DNA from: Raillietiella orientalis
Lineage: Eukaryota
Assembly (NCBI GenBank): GCA_036172245.1
Contig: JAYWIR010000027.1
Coordinates: forward strand, 1,054,001-1,118,000
Direction: 5' to 3'
DNA: 64,000 nucleotides
The stretch's first letter is position 1, and each line of letters starts with the position of its first letter. The position numbers were made by a program, and so were the translations under genes. Below the pieces are notes generated by a model. The model was given only the letters and a program-made list of their open reading frames with translations, did no database searches and was not told where the DNA came from. Below are positions 22,441 to 34,900 of this stretch, piece by piece.

Positions 22441-22664
22441 AATTACCGAGGTAACAGGTAGCAGGATTCGTGTTCCTAACTACACCCCTAAAGCAGCTCA
22501 ACTACACCCTCCTCTTGCCCTCTCAGACCCCGACCACACTATGGAAGGCGTCCCTCAGAAGTGCCGGGAACTTCGTTCCTCTCTTGCCGTTCAGGCTGGC
22601 AGTGCGGACGCAGACTCGAGCGCTGCCCGCAGGCCCGAGCAGATCGGTGCTCGACCTTCTTCCT

Positions 22665-22900
22665 AGTGGTGGCGTTGATGGTGAGGACCATCACGGTGCT
22701 GGTGGTGATCGTGACCACGGAAACAATGAGGATGGAGGTGGTGACGGCAACAGCGATGACGAGCAGGAGGAGAAATAGGAAGAGAAGAGAAAGAGAGGAG
22801 GAAGAAAAAGAGGAGTAAGAGGAAGTGGAGAAAGAGGAATAGGGAGACAAGGAAAAGGAAGAGAGGGAGAGAGCAGGAAGAGGAAGTAGAGGATGAGGAG
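22665..22900. repeat. (GGT/GAT)-derived repeat followed by GA-rich polypurine tract
   Basis: Low-complexity sequence is directly visible. Confidence 0.85.
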
Positions 22901-22989
22901 GAAGGACGGATTTTATTGACGAAAGAGTAGTATTAAAGATAAACAAGAAATTTCACGCAGAAAGACTCTGCACTATCTTCCTCATCTTC

Positions 22990-23400
22990 GGATAATACAA
23001 GTGGACCATCAGAAGAGAACGTCGGCGACTTCGTCTATTTTCTACCTCCGGGAATCCTCTCCTCCCCGACATTCCATAGCATCCTACAGCTGTCGTATGG
23101 AGGACGTCCCACTCAGGAGGTCCAGCAGATGTTTCGGCTGCATCGGATGTACTGGGATATCTGTCATCCCATCTGCAGGCAGCTCTGGGACATCCAACTC
23201 CCGAAGAGTCCGGGAGGTCGTTCTTCTGATCCGCGACCCTAGAGCTCCCAAGGTAAAGGCGCACCCTGACTTGTACTCCTCTCCAGGATACCTGCGTCTT
23301 TGCAATTCGGTTTCCTTTCTTTCCTGGTGCTCCTCCGTTCTCAGACGGGCGCGAGAGATCCAACACTCGCCATCTCGTTGCCTTTCTGGGGAACTAGATC
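22990..23400 (+). mobile_element. Decayed gag-like ORF1 (zinc knuckle region) of a LINE
   Basis: HSIASYSCRMEDVPLRRSSRCFGCIG resembles the ORF1 pattern I.+G...C.V....P.RC+.C..+GH. Confidence 0.35.
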
Positions 23401-23429
23401 GGACCACAGGGCAGAATTCGCACCAGGGC

Positions 23430-23990
23430 GCATTGCTGTTCCTAGAACCAACCCTTCGGTGGAGCGAGCTTTCGAGTGCCGCCCCCGAGGAACTTGTCCC
23501 TCCCCAACGCCTGGACGCGTCTGCGTTCCTGCTGCCCTAGAATCAGGTGCGCCGCTCTTTACGCACTGGGGGACTCCAGTGCAGTCAGCGCCCTCGTCTC
23601 CGGGGGAGGGCAGGGGGTTATATCCCCGAACCGTGCAGTTTCGGCGGAGACGGTTCCGCGTCTGGTTTTGGACTGTGGCGCCCTCCAGAAACCGTGGCGG
23701 AGGCTGACTTCAGTGCTCCTGCACCAGGAGGACACCGCCCACGACCTGCTGCGGCGGTTCTTCTTGCGTGATGGACTTTCAATGGGTGCAGCGATCGCGA
23801 CGACGGGTTGCGTCCGCGCCAACGTCGCAGCCCCCACATCTTGCAGGTGCAGCGAAGGGAGGCCACCACTATGGCAGATGCCTACACGAGGGCGGCGGCA
23901 AGGTGGTCTCACCTCGAAGAAGGAGCAAAGGCGTGCAGCGCCGGTCCTGAAGTTGAAGGAACGAACTACACCGATGACCCTCGTCCCCAG
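23430..23990 (+). mobile_element. L1/Tx1-like family 3' end copy
   Basis: ETVPRLVLDCGALQKPWRRL...RRFFLRDGLS...AAARWSHL. Confidence 0.75.
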
Positions 23991-25199
23991 CCTTCCTTTA
24001 CTTATCCTGTTCTTGATTGCTCACATTCTTTTGCTCCGGACTTTGTCCTGTGTTTTATACATTTCTCCCGGCGTATACGGAGCGATCCCAGTCCATCCCG
24101 AGTTCCCTCATTTTTGTTGCTGTTCCCGTTCCCCTCTGTCCCGTTCCCGACTTTCAGATACCCTGACCTGCTTGTCGGTAGACCCTCCTTTGAACCTTTT
24201 TTGTCTTCGGTTAAGAACCAGCGTGCTCCCGACGGGTTCTTTTTTTTTATTAAAGAAACACCCCGGGACGACCGGGTGCAAAATTTCCTGCGGCCGAGCT
24301 TTGTCCTTCAGCAGACAATGCAGCAGGCGCTCTTTGATCTTTGGACGGCTGCAATGCGTGCAGCTGTTCTCATGGGAAGGTGCCTCGTGCTGTGATTTAT
24401 TGGTGCTGGTGATGAGAATAGCGCTGGAGGAGGGAGGTGAGGACGGTAGTGGAGATACCAGTGGAGGAGGAGGAAGGGAAATGACGATGGCGTGAACTTT
24501 GACTTTGGACGAAAGACAGAGAAACGATGCTGTTCTCCTCCCCCCCTTTCCCCCCCCGTGCGGACCGAGTCCGAAACTTTGGTAGCAGAACCTTGGGCGG
24601 CGACCGGAACCGCTCGGGCAGCCGTCCAACGAAGCAAACACGGAAAGGGGAAGAGGTGGCTTAGCGGGAGGGATGCCAGAGGCCCAGAGAATCTGGCACT
24701 CTTCGTCACAGCAGCCCGAAGTGGAAGATAGAATATCAGAAAGAGAAGATGGACAGCAGCAAAGGGGGTGGCCTCAAGTAAGGAGCTGCTGCGGTGTAGT
24801 AACGTTCCTTTGGAAGTTCCCCATCAAGCGCTGAAGAGAAGCCTCCATTCCGAACCCGGCCCTGAGAAAAAAATCAAATGGAAATGGTGGACGGTAGGGG
24901 CCTCAACACCCTCAGCAGCACAGGTTGCCGGATAGATGCCTGAGACGGAGGGAAAGCAAGCCCTAAGGCCCCTTTCACATGGGAGCTTCGTTGTCCTCTT
25001 ACGGGAGCGGAAGCAGCTTCGCCGTCTCCTCTCCAGGGAAAATAAAAGCAACGGGAACTGCTCTCCAGGAACTCCGTAACAACAATAACAATAACAACAA
25101 GAAAGAAACGAAATTTCTTAATGTCAGAATTGGGTTCATTCTGTAGGCAGCGTGACCACTGTTATTATTGTACATTGCTGAAAGGAAGGAACGAAAATC

Positions 25200-26530
25200 T
25201 CTGTTGCGTGAGCGTCTGGGAAGACTCATCCTCGCTCGCTCTCAGGTATCACAAGGCGAGTGATTCGCCTCCTCCGGAAGCTCCTCCTTGCCCTCCGAAA
25301 TGCGAATCACCACTCCATCCTCCTCGTAGAGACGGAGGTGTCGACCTCCTGACTCTGGAGCGCCTGGAGCGGCAGCTCGAGTGGAGGACGCTTGCCCTTG
25401 TGGTGAGGCTATGGAGCTCGCACAATACCTGGTCGAGAGAGTCACCGGCCCGCTGGCGCAGACGCAACTTCTCCAGGTGCGGACTGGAGCTCCAGCGGGT
25501 GACCAAACTGACCAGGACCAACAGCTGCATCTCCTGCCGGCCCGCGAACGGCAGCGCCTGGTTGCAGGAAATCGTTCGCACGTGGGCCAAGAACAACGAA
25601 GCGAGCGAGCTTGGAGATTCCGCAGCGACTGCTGCATTCCCTTCTACAACTGCTCCCTGCAAAACCTCAGCGTCAGCCCACACGTGTGCGTGGGCGTAAA
25701 GAAATCCCCTAGCCGCGGCACTGCCCTCCCTCAGGGAGCACCTGGGCAGTAACCAGCCAGCTAAATGGGAGGCCAGCTGTGGAATCCGCGGAAGAGCGGA
25801 GGAATTAGGGCAGCTCACGGACGTTGCGACCCCCAAGTGTCCCACTGAAGGGACTGTTGCGCTGGGGTGAGCTACTGGGAATCCTACAGGAAAACCTTGA
25901 GTGGGCCCATTGCTGAAGAGCGACCGGGCTCTCCCCTGAAGTGGCAGGAATCAGCACTTCTGCTGTTGCACTGGGGTCTCCCGTGCGACTCCTGCCTCTC
26001 CCACTGGACCTGGGAACTGTGGACCCCAACTGCTACAGGTGCGGGAAACGGGAATCCCAGATCCTGCACCTGCTCGTAGACTGTGTTGCCCTCCGGCCCC
26101 TGTGGTTGCTCCACTCTACGGCTCTTGGTGCAGTGACGGACAATCCCAGGCACGTGATGAAGCACCTATTCGTGTGCGATGACCTTTCGCCTGCCGCATC
26201 CCTAGCAGCTCTTGGCTGCTGCCTACGCAGGATTGAGTCGGCCTGGAGCGACGCCAGTGGAGAAGGACGGTGCGATAGGGACGCCATCTGCTTCGCCCTG
26301 CGCTTCCTGCGGACGGCAGCAAGGTGGTCCCGCCTGGGGCATACTCAGAAGGAATTTGCCGGCATCCTGGAAAGGATGCAGAGGGCTCCTTCCAGATCCC
26401 GGTGATTCCTTCTCTAACCCTCCCAATTTTTCCTATGTATTTTTTGTTTTATTTTTATTTTGTTTGCCCTCTCGTGGCCGAGGAGAACCTCACCTGCCTG
26501 CGTGCCGGTCAACTCGGCAGGTTCCGAGCA
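25200..26530 (+). mobile_element. L1/Tx1-like non-LTR retrotransposon, ORF2 C-terminal third + 3' UTR
   Basis: PRRDGGVDLL (P...GGLGL motif), CISCRPANGSAWLQEIVRTWAKN, KWQESALLLLHWGLPC and CYRCGKRESQILHLLVDCVALRPLW (zf-RVT-type CxxC..E..H...C), followed by a T-rich tail. Confidence 0.85.
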
Positions 26531-26619
26531 TTTTCGGATGATATAGGGCCGATGACCCTACACATGTATGTTTATTGCTTTTTATAATAAGCGCCCCTGA
26601 GTGACCGAGTGATAAACCA

Positions 26620-26950
26620 CCACCCTCATCTCCGGTCCCAATTCGTAGGTGCCTGCGTCGGCGCAGGAGGGCACACGAACCTCACAAAGCAGCACCTGAG
26701 CCACGGGTCACACCCACTGATATGCCCACACTTCCTACTTCCTGCCCATCGTCGTCCACTGCGTCCGGCTCCCGAACGACATCCATCCTATTATCCCACG
26801 CACCGGTCCCTAATCTCTCGAATGCACCGCCGTCACCCCTGGACCCTAATTGCGGAACCCCTTCCGCCTCCCAGCACCACCCGAAGGCGTCCGCTCCATC
26901 GCCGGCGTTCGTGGAGAGACGCTGTTGGTTTGCACGTGCGGGCAAAGGGC
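26620..26950 (+). mobile_element. Decayed gag-like zinc knuckle region
   Basis: ACVGAGGHT and PNCGTPSASQHHPKASAPSPAF resemble CxxC...GH and CxNC...H.A....CP knuckles. Confidence 0.3.
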
Positions 26951-27654
26951 GCGCGACCCCCTCTTTCTCTTCTCGGTTTCGCGCGCAGGTTGCTCCGGGA
27001 GATGTCGCCCTTCTCCGATCCTGGAGGACACCTTCAAAATCGTTACAGAGGGGAATATCGGGACTTCTCCACGCGCGACTCCCGCGACGGGATCGCGACG
27101 ACCCTTTCAGGGGCGGTCCGTGCCTCGAAGCCAAGCTGCAGACTCCCTCCTTCTCCCCCCCCCTTCTTCCCCGCGCGGCGGCGATCACGCCGGAGTGGCT
27201 GCAGATCTATGGTTCTCGAGTGAAGGAAGAGGAAGCAGGAAACTCCTTTCAAGGGTAAGCACAAGCGGGCTCTGGCGTCCGCCAGAGACTCTGGATCCGG
27301 TCGAGAGAGGGGATGCCGTTCCCGCAAATCACTTCCCTGCTTCTGCCCGCTGCACGGGTCTAGTCCGTTTCGACCGCCAATAAAAAAAAAAAAAAAGTGC
27401 GCGGCCATCTTCTTCAGCGTCGAGTGTGCGACCATAACGTCCGCAGTCCATGGGTAATGCAGCTCGATGCTTCTTATTGATTAACGGAGGAAGATGAAAC
27501 CTTCCCGGATGATTGCGAGCCTCAGAATCGCTTCCCTCGGAGCATCAGCGCGTCCTGAAAAATCGGGAGCCTCAAAAAAAAAAAAAAATGAAAAGAAATC
27601 CCCGGTTCCCAAATCTTGAGAGACGATCAGTGCCCAGCTGCAACTCGTAGGAGA

Positions 27655-27840
27655 GCCCCTAAGGGTAAAGCTACTAGAGATTTATTGCGCGTACAGGAAG
27701 GGGGCTCATGCGAAGAGCCGGATGTCAATTGTCCTGTCAAAGAACAAGGAAACCCTTTCACTACGCTCTGTGATCTGCGAGTATCCCGTCCTGAAGCTGC
27801 GAGGGTACGGCAAAGTGCCGTTGCACCGGCCATCGTGGCA
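27655..27840 (+). pseudogene. Bunyavirus-like L remnant (C-terminal region)
   Basis: RMSIVLSKNKETLSLRSVICEYPVLKLRGY resembles the recalled orthobunyavirus L segment RMG+S.S.MPE..NL++I...P.L.LRAY. Confidence 0.4.
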
Positions 27841-29929
27841 GCGAGGACGGAGTGATGAGAAGGACCTCTCCTTCTCTTCCTCTTCCTGCTCCCAATCCAC
27901 ATCTCCGTCCGCGCAGCATCGGCACGGGCTTTCCTGCAGGTCCGGCCGCGCACAGGGCTGCTAACTCTCCCCACGCAGGTCCGCCGGCCGCCAGTCAGAT
28001 GGCAGCACAGGTGACGGCACTTCGAAGCTTCCCGGAGACGCTCCTGGTTCCATTTGCGACCACATAGCTCGCGGGGCTCGGCGCTCGTTCGACGCTCCCA
28101 GCTTCCTCCAGAGCAGACGACAGCGCGCGTGCCCTTCCTGCCCGGGCAGCGGGTGGAAGGACCTCCGTCACGCGAGAGGGGCAACTTGCGGGCTCGCGTC
28201 TGCACCTACTCGCTAGAGGTCAGGGCTTGGGCCTCCGCGTCCCGTTCAGCCAGCGCCACCTTCGTCATCCCTGGTCGCGCGATTCTACACTGAAAACAGG
28301 AGGGAGGAAGGAGGACGAATGCAGTCCACCGTCCACCTTCCCACCCCCTGTTGCCGGGCCGGTCATTCGAGCGAATTCATGAGGTCGGATGGGGGGAAAA
28401 GGGGGCAAACGGACCGAGCCCTCGCTGACGACGGCAGAAATGGGGAGGCGGTGAAGAGCGAGTGGGGCGGGAGGGCCGAGAGGTGAACAGGTGAACAGCG
28501 GACCATTCGGAGCAGCCCTCTCAGCGACCAACGCCATTCCCGAGGTCCCGGATCTGGAACGAGCGGACCTTCTCCCAAGGCCCATCTCCTGAAAGGTGCT
28601 GAGGCCAAAAGCCTCAACACATTTCATCCTACGTCCTCCCGTTCCGCCGTGCAGTCCGCTTCCCAGGACCACGCCCACGCTCTTCGTCCATCGATGCGAC
28701 CTCCGTTGCTGCAGAGAGTGACCGGCGGAGAGGCAACTTCTCGTCCAAAGAGAGGGTCCCAGTGGGGGAGGAACTCGCATTGGAGACCCTCAGTTCGTCT
28801 TTTCGGGAAAGACCCCGGCCCGCTCATCAGCAAGATGGCGGCCTGAAGCACGGAAGGGGGAAGGCGCGAAGTCCTTGGGCGTGGCCTCGCGGGCCGGGCA
28901 CATCGTTCCCCACCGGGCTATGGGCTTGGTGACCCCCCATTTCCGCTTTCGACCCGTCAGATCATCACCCTCTCTCGCTGCAGGAGAATCCACCTCTTCA
29001 CCTTGCACCAACGCGGGGGAATCGCTTGACGCAAGGGAGGAGGAAGAAGGAAGTCCTACGGCCCCAGAGGCCTCGCGTCTCTGGCTTTCCCGACCCTAGT
29101 ATCGATCTTGAGCGGCGGACTCTAAAATCGATAGCTAATCATCGACCACAAGCGTATCCTTGGGAGTGGCTCTTCCCGGAGCACTCACGATGGACGGGAG
29201 GGATGGCCCGAGGGGAGGACGAAGTTGATGAGGAGCCCTCGCCGCCCTCGGCGGCTGCTCTCTGTTCGACCGCGGTGAACCCCACGAACCGCTGCTCCGA
29301 ATGTTCCATTCCCGCGCTGAAGGAGCGTGGGAACTTGGGGACCGATTCAGGAAACGCGACGAATGAAGACGCTCCGCAGCTGCGGCTCCCAGGGACTCAG
29401 AGCGGAAGGAGTCGAGCAGCGACGGAGCGGCAGCTGGTCTGCGTCTCTTCCTCTGCAGCTTCTGGAGAGGTCGCTTTCGTCCCGGGCAGACGACGGAAGC
29501 GAAAGGAGAGTCTCCCCAAGGGGCGAGACTTTCGCCTGACACTTCGGCCAATCTCCTCTTTCCCCACAGAGTCCTCGCAGCAACTCCAGGGAAGTCTCTT
29601 CTGATAGGACAGACGGTAGCGGGAACCAGGGTCGGCTGCGAAAACCTGATAGCCGGAGACCATCTCCTCCTCATCCTCCTCCTCTCCCTCCTTTCTTCCC
29701 TTTGGCTTCCTCCTCCTCCGTTCCTCCGAGAGGTGCAGATGGCTGCGCACCTACCGTCCCGACCGGGGAACTGCCCGAGCCCCGCCGTTTGGGAAGGCTG
29801 GTTAGAAGTGAGCACCTTGCGATTACCGTCGTCTCATCGCTTTGCCCGGACAGACGGACACTGTCTGTCTGACAGCTCCAGAGGACGCTGGCATTTCCTC
29901 GCCCGACTGAAAGGATTTTTACCCAGCTG

Positions 29930-30520
29930 AAGAAGTGCAGACGAGGAAATGTGCGGAGCAGATCACAAACAAAGCGAGGGGGAGGGTGGAAAAGCCTCCG
30001 TCGATGGGAGCGTTCGGGCTGATGTGTTCTCTACCCCCAGCTGCGTATCCCAACTTATTTTTCGGTTGCTCCTCTCTCTCGCAATCTTCTTGTGGACCTC
30101 GCCATTTTCTGGGTCGCACGAACCAAGGGACTTTCCGCCGCCTCTTCATGCGTGACGTCCTACCCCCCGCCGCGTCTCTAGCAGTTCTCTGATGTGTACG
30201 CGGAATCGTGGCAAGGTGGAACGCGAAAGGAAGAGGCTCAAACAGCAGGGGTGCCATCCACTGGGCGGAAATCTTCTTGGAGACTGCTTCTCGATGGCCT
30301 CAACTAAGAACTGTAAAAACAGAACTTGTCAGCATCCGGAATAGGATGCAGAGGACGACTCCGGGAGACCAGTGATCCCTTCCCCACCCTCCCCTCACCA
30401 AGAAACACTCCCTTCCCACTGTTTTTGATTTTTTGTTTATTTTTGTTTTGTTTTCCCTTCCCCTTCGCCTCTGGAGCGGACCTTACCGGTCTGCATACCG
30501 GTTTACGGCAAGTCCTCCGT
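29930..30520 (+). mobile_element. L1/Tx1-like family 3' end copy
   Basis: YPNLFFGCSSL...RRLFMRDVLPPAASLAVL...ASRWPQL...ELVSIRNRMQR, followed by a T-rich tail and the shared 3' UTR motif. Confidence 0.7.
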
Positions 30521-30599
30521 GCGTGGTAGATCCAATTGTTCTATCATGACATGAAAAAAACATTGACGACTTTATTATTATAAAATTTTTACGAGCAAA

Positions 30600-31660
30600 T
30601 TTTAATAACAAATGCCCCGGCAAATTCGGGTGGCAAACGAACCAAGGAACTGAGCCACGAGGGAACGTGGAGACGGGCGTCCCTCCAAGAGGAGTGGTGG
30701 GACCTTCTTTCTCTCCTTCTCCCACCTCAGTAGAGGCCTTTCGGTGTTTCTGGATTGTTCTTTCCGAACGGACAGGTGATGCGGATGATGGCAAACTGCT
30801 CCTCCCTCCACTGAGTCCGATGAATTGATGCTCCTGTCGTCTTTCTGCTGAGTCTGTCCGCCAACTCGTCACGCTGCTTGATGGCTGCACCCTTGCTGAT
30901 CGTGCCCTGGTCGAGAGCGTGCTGAAGACTGCACATCTCCCCTCCTTGTAGGTCCTTTGCCTCACAGTAGAGCTTCATGAGGTTCTCCGACCACAATTTC
31001 CTGCTCGTCGTTCTCTTGAGCCGCCCGCAGGAAGCAGACGGCAAAGAACGAAGCGAGAAAAGGAAGGAGCGACTAAGGAAGCACTACCGCGCGTGCTTCC
31101 TTAGTTGCAGAAGACCCCGTCTTCATAGTCGTTCGCCAAGCTCAAAGGCATCACGAACGATGGCATCGAACCGAAAGATCTCGAGAGAGGACCTGCAGCT
31201 TCCTACCAGGCCTGTTGCCCGATAAGAACGTTGGGTCTCCCTGCTCGAAGTCGCCCGCCCATGCGAGAGAGCACCCGAAGAGGCGCAAAGAAAGGAGAGC
31301 AGATGCAGAAAAACGTTTCTCCCTTTCGCCTCCAGGCGAGTGCGGATCTCGGAGCACTGGTCCCTGAGGGCTTGCATGGACCCTGAAAACGGCGGAGGGA
31401 CCCACTGCTTCATCGTGGGCGCTGTTCGCCCCTGGCCGGTGTGCCCCAGAACGACGCGCACGATGTTCCACGTGTTGGATCCACACCACCGCTTCAGGTG
31501 CTCTGCAAGGGGAAGAGGTCCCTGTGCGCCTCGGAGTCCTAGGGTCCCAGGTCCTCGCGAGCGCCCTCGCCGAAAGCGGCGCCCCTCTGCCGACGAAAGG
31601 AAGGAGACGGCTCGTCATATTTGACCCCTCCTTCGTGGCACCACCTCTACCGGGAATAAC
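30600..31660 (+). mobile_element. Decayed L1/Tx1-like APE endonuclease and linker
   Basis: GTFFLSFSHLSRGLSVFL, DRALVES and RFSDHNFLLV (SDH motif). Confidence 0.5.
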
Positions 31661-32379
31661 TTTTTTCAGAGAGCTCCCAATTGGTCTCGGTTCTGGGCTC
31701 TGGAGCCTGCCAGCTCGAAGTGACCTTGAAACAACAGCTCCACGCCTGCTAGGTCACGAGATCGGGCGGAAAGAGCGCGAGATGAAAAAATCCGGCGAAT
31801 GGTCGTCGACCGTCTGGTCCTCTTCCTCCTCGCTAGCGCTAAAGTTTCCCGAAAGAGGGGTCGACGGGAAATGCGGTTCTCTCCGGAGGCAGTTCGCTCG
31901 CTCCGTGAGCCGGGACGACCAGGGATGACGAAGTCCGCCGACAAGTTGAGCGAAATCCGAAGCGAACCACGGGTGCCCATGCACCGTTCGCGGAGCTTCG
32001 GGGTGGGTGGTCGACAGGGTCGTTCCTCGACGTTCCCCTGGACCGAAACAACGCACCGCAGCTTCGATGGAGGGACGCGCCCTCGCAGGTGCCAGGCCGT
32101 TCGCCGCGGCTGGGGACGAGGTGGGAGCTGCGCGAGGCGAAGTCCTGCGCATGCGTGCCCCCTTCCTCGGTCCAGTATCGGTTTTGTAGAGGTCTGCCGA
32201 GGCGAAATTAACATGGAGACTTGCGCATAGGCCATGAATAATTACCACAGAGGAGCATCTAGCTGAGGATTCCAAAACACCTAATTAACATGCAGGGGAC
32301 GAAAGTGGGGGCGGTATGGGTTATTCATATGCGTGCTTTCTGCCGCAAGAAAGAGTCTCTGGAGGTGGGGGAGATCCAA

Positions 32380-33895
32380 AGGCACCTGGAGCGCCTTTCA
32401 TGACTTCGCGATGTTTCGCGAAAGCGCAAGGTTTGCTACTGGGGGCCAAAGCACGGCACTGGAAGACACAGAGGGCATCCCTATCGAAGGATGTGCCCCG
32501 GCGAAGCTCGCCCCCTTCCACTCTAACGCGGACGAAGTACCTCTTCAGGATCGCCCTTTGGGGCAAGGGGAGGTCCCGAGTCCGCATGAAGGACTTATGA
32601 GCTTTGCGTCGGGACGATGGTCTCGGCCTCCTGACGCTGGAGTAAATGAAACTGTAGCTCCAGTTCCGGATGCTTGGCCTCGAGACGAAGATGTGGAGCA
32701 CCATCTGGTGCGACCTTGCACGCAGCCTCGCCGAGCAGGCCACCGGCAGCGTGGGACGCGTGCCCTTCCTTGAGCACCATCGACGCAGCCTCTTCCACTG
32801 CCGACTGCAGCTTCGGTGGGTGGCTATGCTCACCAGGAAGAACATCCTCTGCATCTCCTGCCGCCCTGCAAACGGCAGTGCCTGGTTGCGGGAAACCGTC
32901 CACACGTGGGCGAGGAACCAGGAACGATGGCCGGAAAAGGCACAGCGTTTCCTGCCCTGATCCTACAACTGCCTACTCCGAGAGATCCTTGGAGGAGATC
33001 CAGGGAAGAGTTCGTGGGCAGGAAGAGCCTCCTTTGACGCAGCGCCGCCTTCCCTGGGGAAGCACATGGGTAGCAGCCTTGAGACTAGATGGGAGGTTGC
33101 TATGGAAATCTCCGGAAGGAGGAAAGGACTGAGAGTAGACGATGGGCTAGCTCCCCAACGCTGCGACCCCCAATGGCCCACCTCGTGGACCTATGCATGG
33201 GACGAGCTGCTAGTACACCGGAGAAAGACCTGCAACGGCCCTCAGTGCTTTTGGACACCCACTCCCTCCCATTAAAGTGGCAGGAGTCGGCATTGATGCT
33301 GCTCCACTGGGACCTCTCGTGCAACCCCCTCCGGAATCACTGGACCCGGGGAGGAGGAGTACACCCGACCTGTGGCAGGTGCGGGGAGCGCAAATCGCTT
33401 CCCCACCTGCTTGTGGATTGTGTTGCTGCCCTCCGGCTCCTCTGGGAACGCTTCTCCGCGACCCTGGGAGTCCCCGGTGGCAACTCCAGGGACGCATGGA
33501 AACCCTTCTTCCTACGCGACGCCTTTCAGACTCACTAGCAGACCTCTACTGCCTGTGCGGGATTGTCCCCGTCCGGAGCCGCGCAAGAGGAGGGCATAGC
33601 GACAAGGGTGCCACATCCACTTTGCCATCCGCTTCATGGAGATGGCAATGAGATGGCCTCACATGAAGAACTGCATGCAAGAGTTTGCCGACATCCTCTA
33701 AAGGATGCAGAAGACTGCTCCCAGCAAAACGTGATCCCTTCCCGCACCCCTTACCCATCCAAATTTATTTATTTACTTTCGTCTTTGTTACTTTTTCTTT
33801 TCTCTTTGTCCCCCTCCTCCTCTGTCCCTGGTGAGGTGCGCCTACTGGCGTAGGTGCACCTCACCGGTCTGCGTACCGTTAACCCTGCAGGTTTG
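32380..33895 (+). mobile_element. L1/Tx1-like non-LTR retrotransposon, ORF2 C-terminal third + 3' UTR
   Basis: LWGKGRSRV, DDGLGLLTL, CISCRPANGSAWLRETVHTWARN, KWQESALMLLHWDL and CGRCGERKSLPHLLVDCVAALRLLW. Confidence 0.85.
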
Positions 33896-33989
33896 TTCTG
33901 TAAAGGACGTGGGTGGAGCAATGTTCCAGCCACAGAGATGGTAAATGTTTATCTTCATATGGAATAAACGCCCCGGCGCAGCCGAGTGA

Positions 33990-34640
33990 CCATCCACTCT
34001 GTCGCAGCAACGCCAGAGAGGAAGCAACGGTTGTACGGAAGCAGCGGAGAACCAGAGGCGGAAGCCAAGTGGAGCAAAGAGTGGGAAACGAGCTCTTTGT
34101 AACACTGTAGTTCTTTTCTACCGGCGTTCCAAAGACGCCAGGAAGCTTCATCCGTGATCTCATGGACGACATGAGACGTGAACACGCGGGAGATCATAGA
34201 GATCAGTCCAGAACGCATCTCTTCCTCGGTGGGTGCATCCGCGAGAACGTCGCTCAGCATCCGCGAAAGCTGTCCTAGGACTCCGAAATCTTTCTTCCAG
34301 TGCCTCCCTCCCCAAGGAAGGGTGGAAGCGGTGACAAACAGGCAAAGAGGGTGTGAACGCGAGGGATCACAGGCATCAGGGAACTTGTGGGCGATTAGAC
34401 GGCGAGATAACACGCCGACAGCAGACGCCAAGGACCCGTCCCAAAAGACACCCCGTGAGACCCACCCCCGTCGAAATCTCCTACGGAAGAATCAGACAGG
34501 ACCCTTGTGGCCCTCACGAATGGATTCACACCTCCTCTCAAGCAGCAGCACCTGCAGGTTCTGCTGCCGCGTTGGGGTTGTCCCTAGCAACACTCTCCTG
34601 CACCACATCACGAGAGCAAGCGAACGTGACCCGCACTCTC
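33990..34640 (+). mobile_element. Decayed I-group LINE 3' part (RNase H + C-terminal Cys region)
   Basis: SFFQCLPPQG / GDKQAK (F.W+P.H.G...N+.AD..AK-like), then RKNQTGP...STCRFCC..NTLLH (R+RTGH...C..C...H-like). Confidence 0.5.
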
Positions 34641-34649
34641 GAAAGGGGG

Positions 34650-34900
34650 CGAAGTCCCTTCCCGTTCCGTGGACGCGCTGCCCTCCGACGCGCGCGGGGG
34701 AGTCGCGACGGCGTCCCCGCATCCAGCGGACAGCCCCGGGGACACGCGTTGAGGCGAGCCCCCGCCACAGCACGCGACATCCCCGCGCGCACGGAAAGCG
34801 ATCGGGAGACTGCGGCGGCCGCGGGGGCTCCATCGTTACGACGGCCTCCCCCTGGAGGAGGGCAGCAAGATGGTCCCACCTGGAGGACTGGGGAGCGGAA
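34650..34900 (+). mobile_element. L1/Tx1-like family extreme 3' fragment
   Basis: RRAARWSHLE is shared with the 23.9- and 26.3-kb copies. Confidence 0.55.
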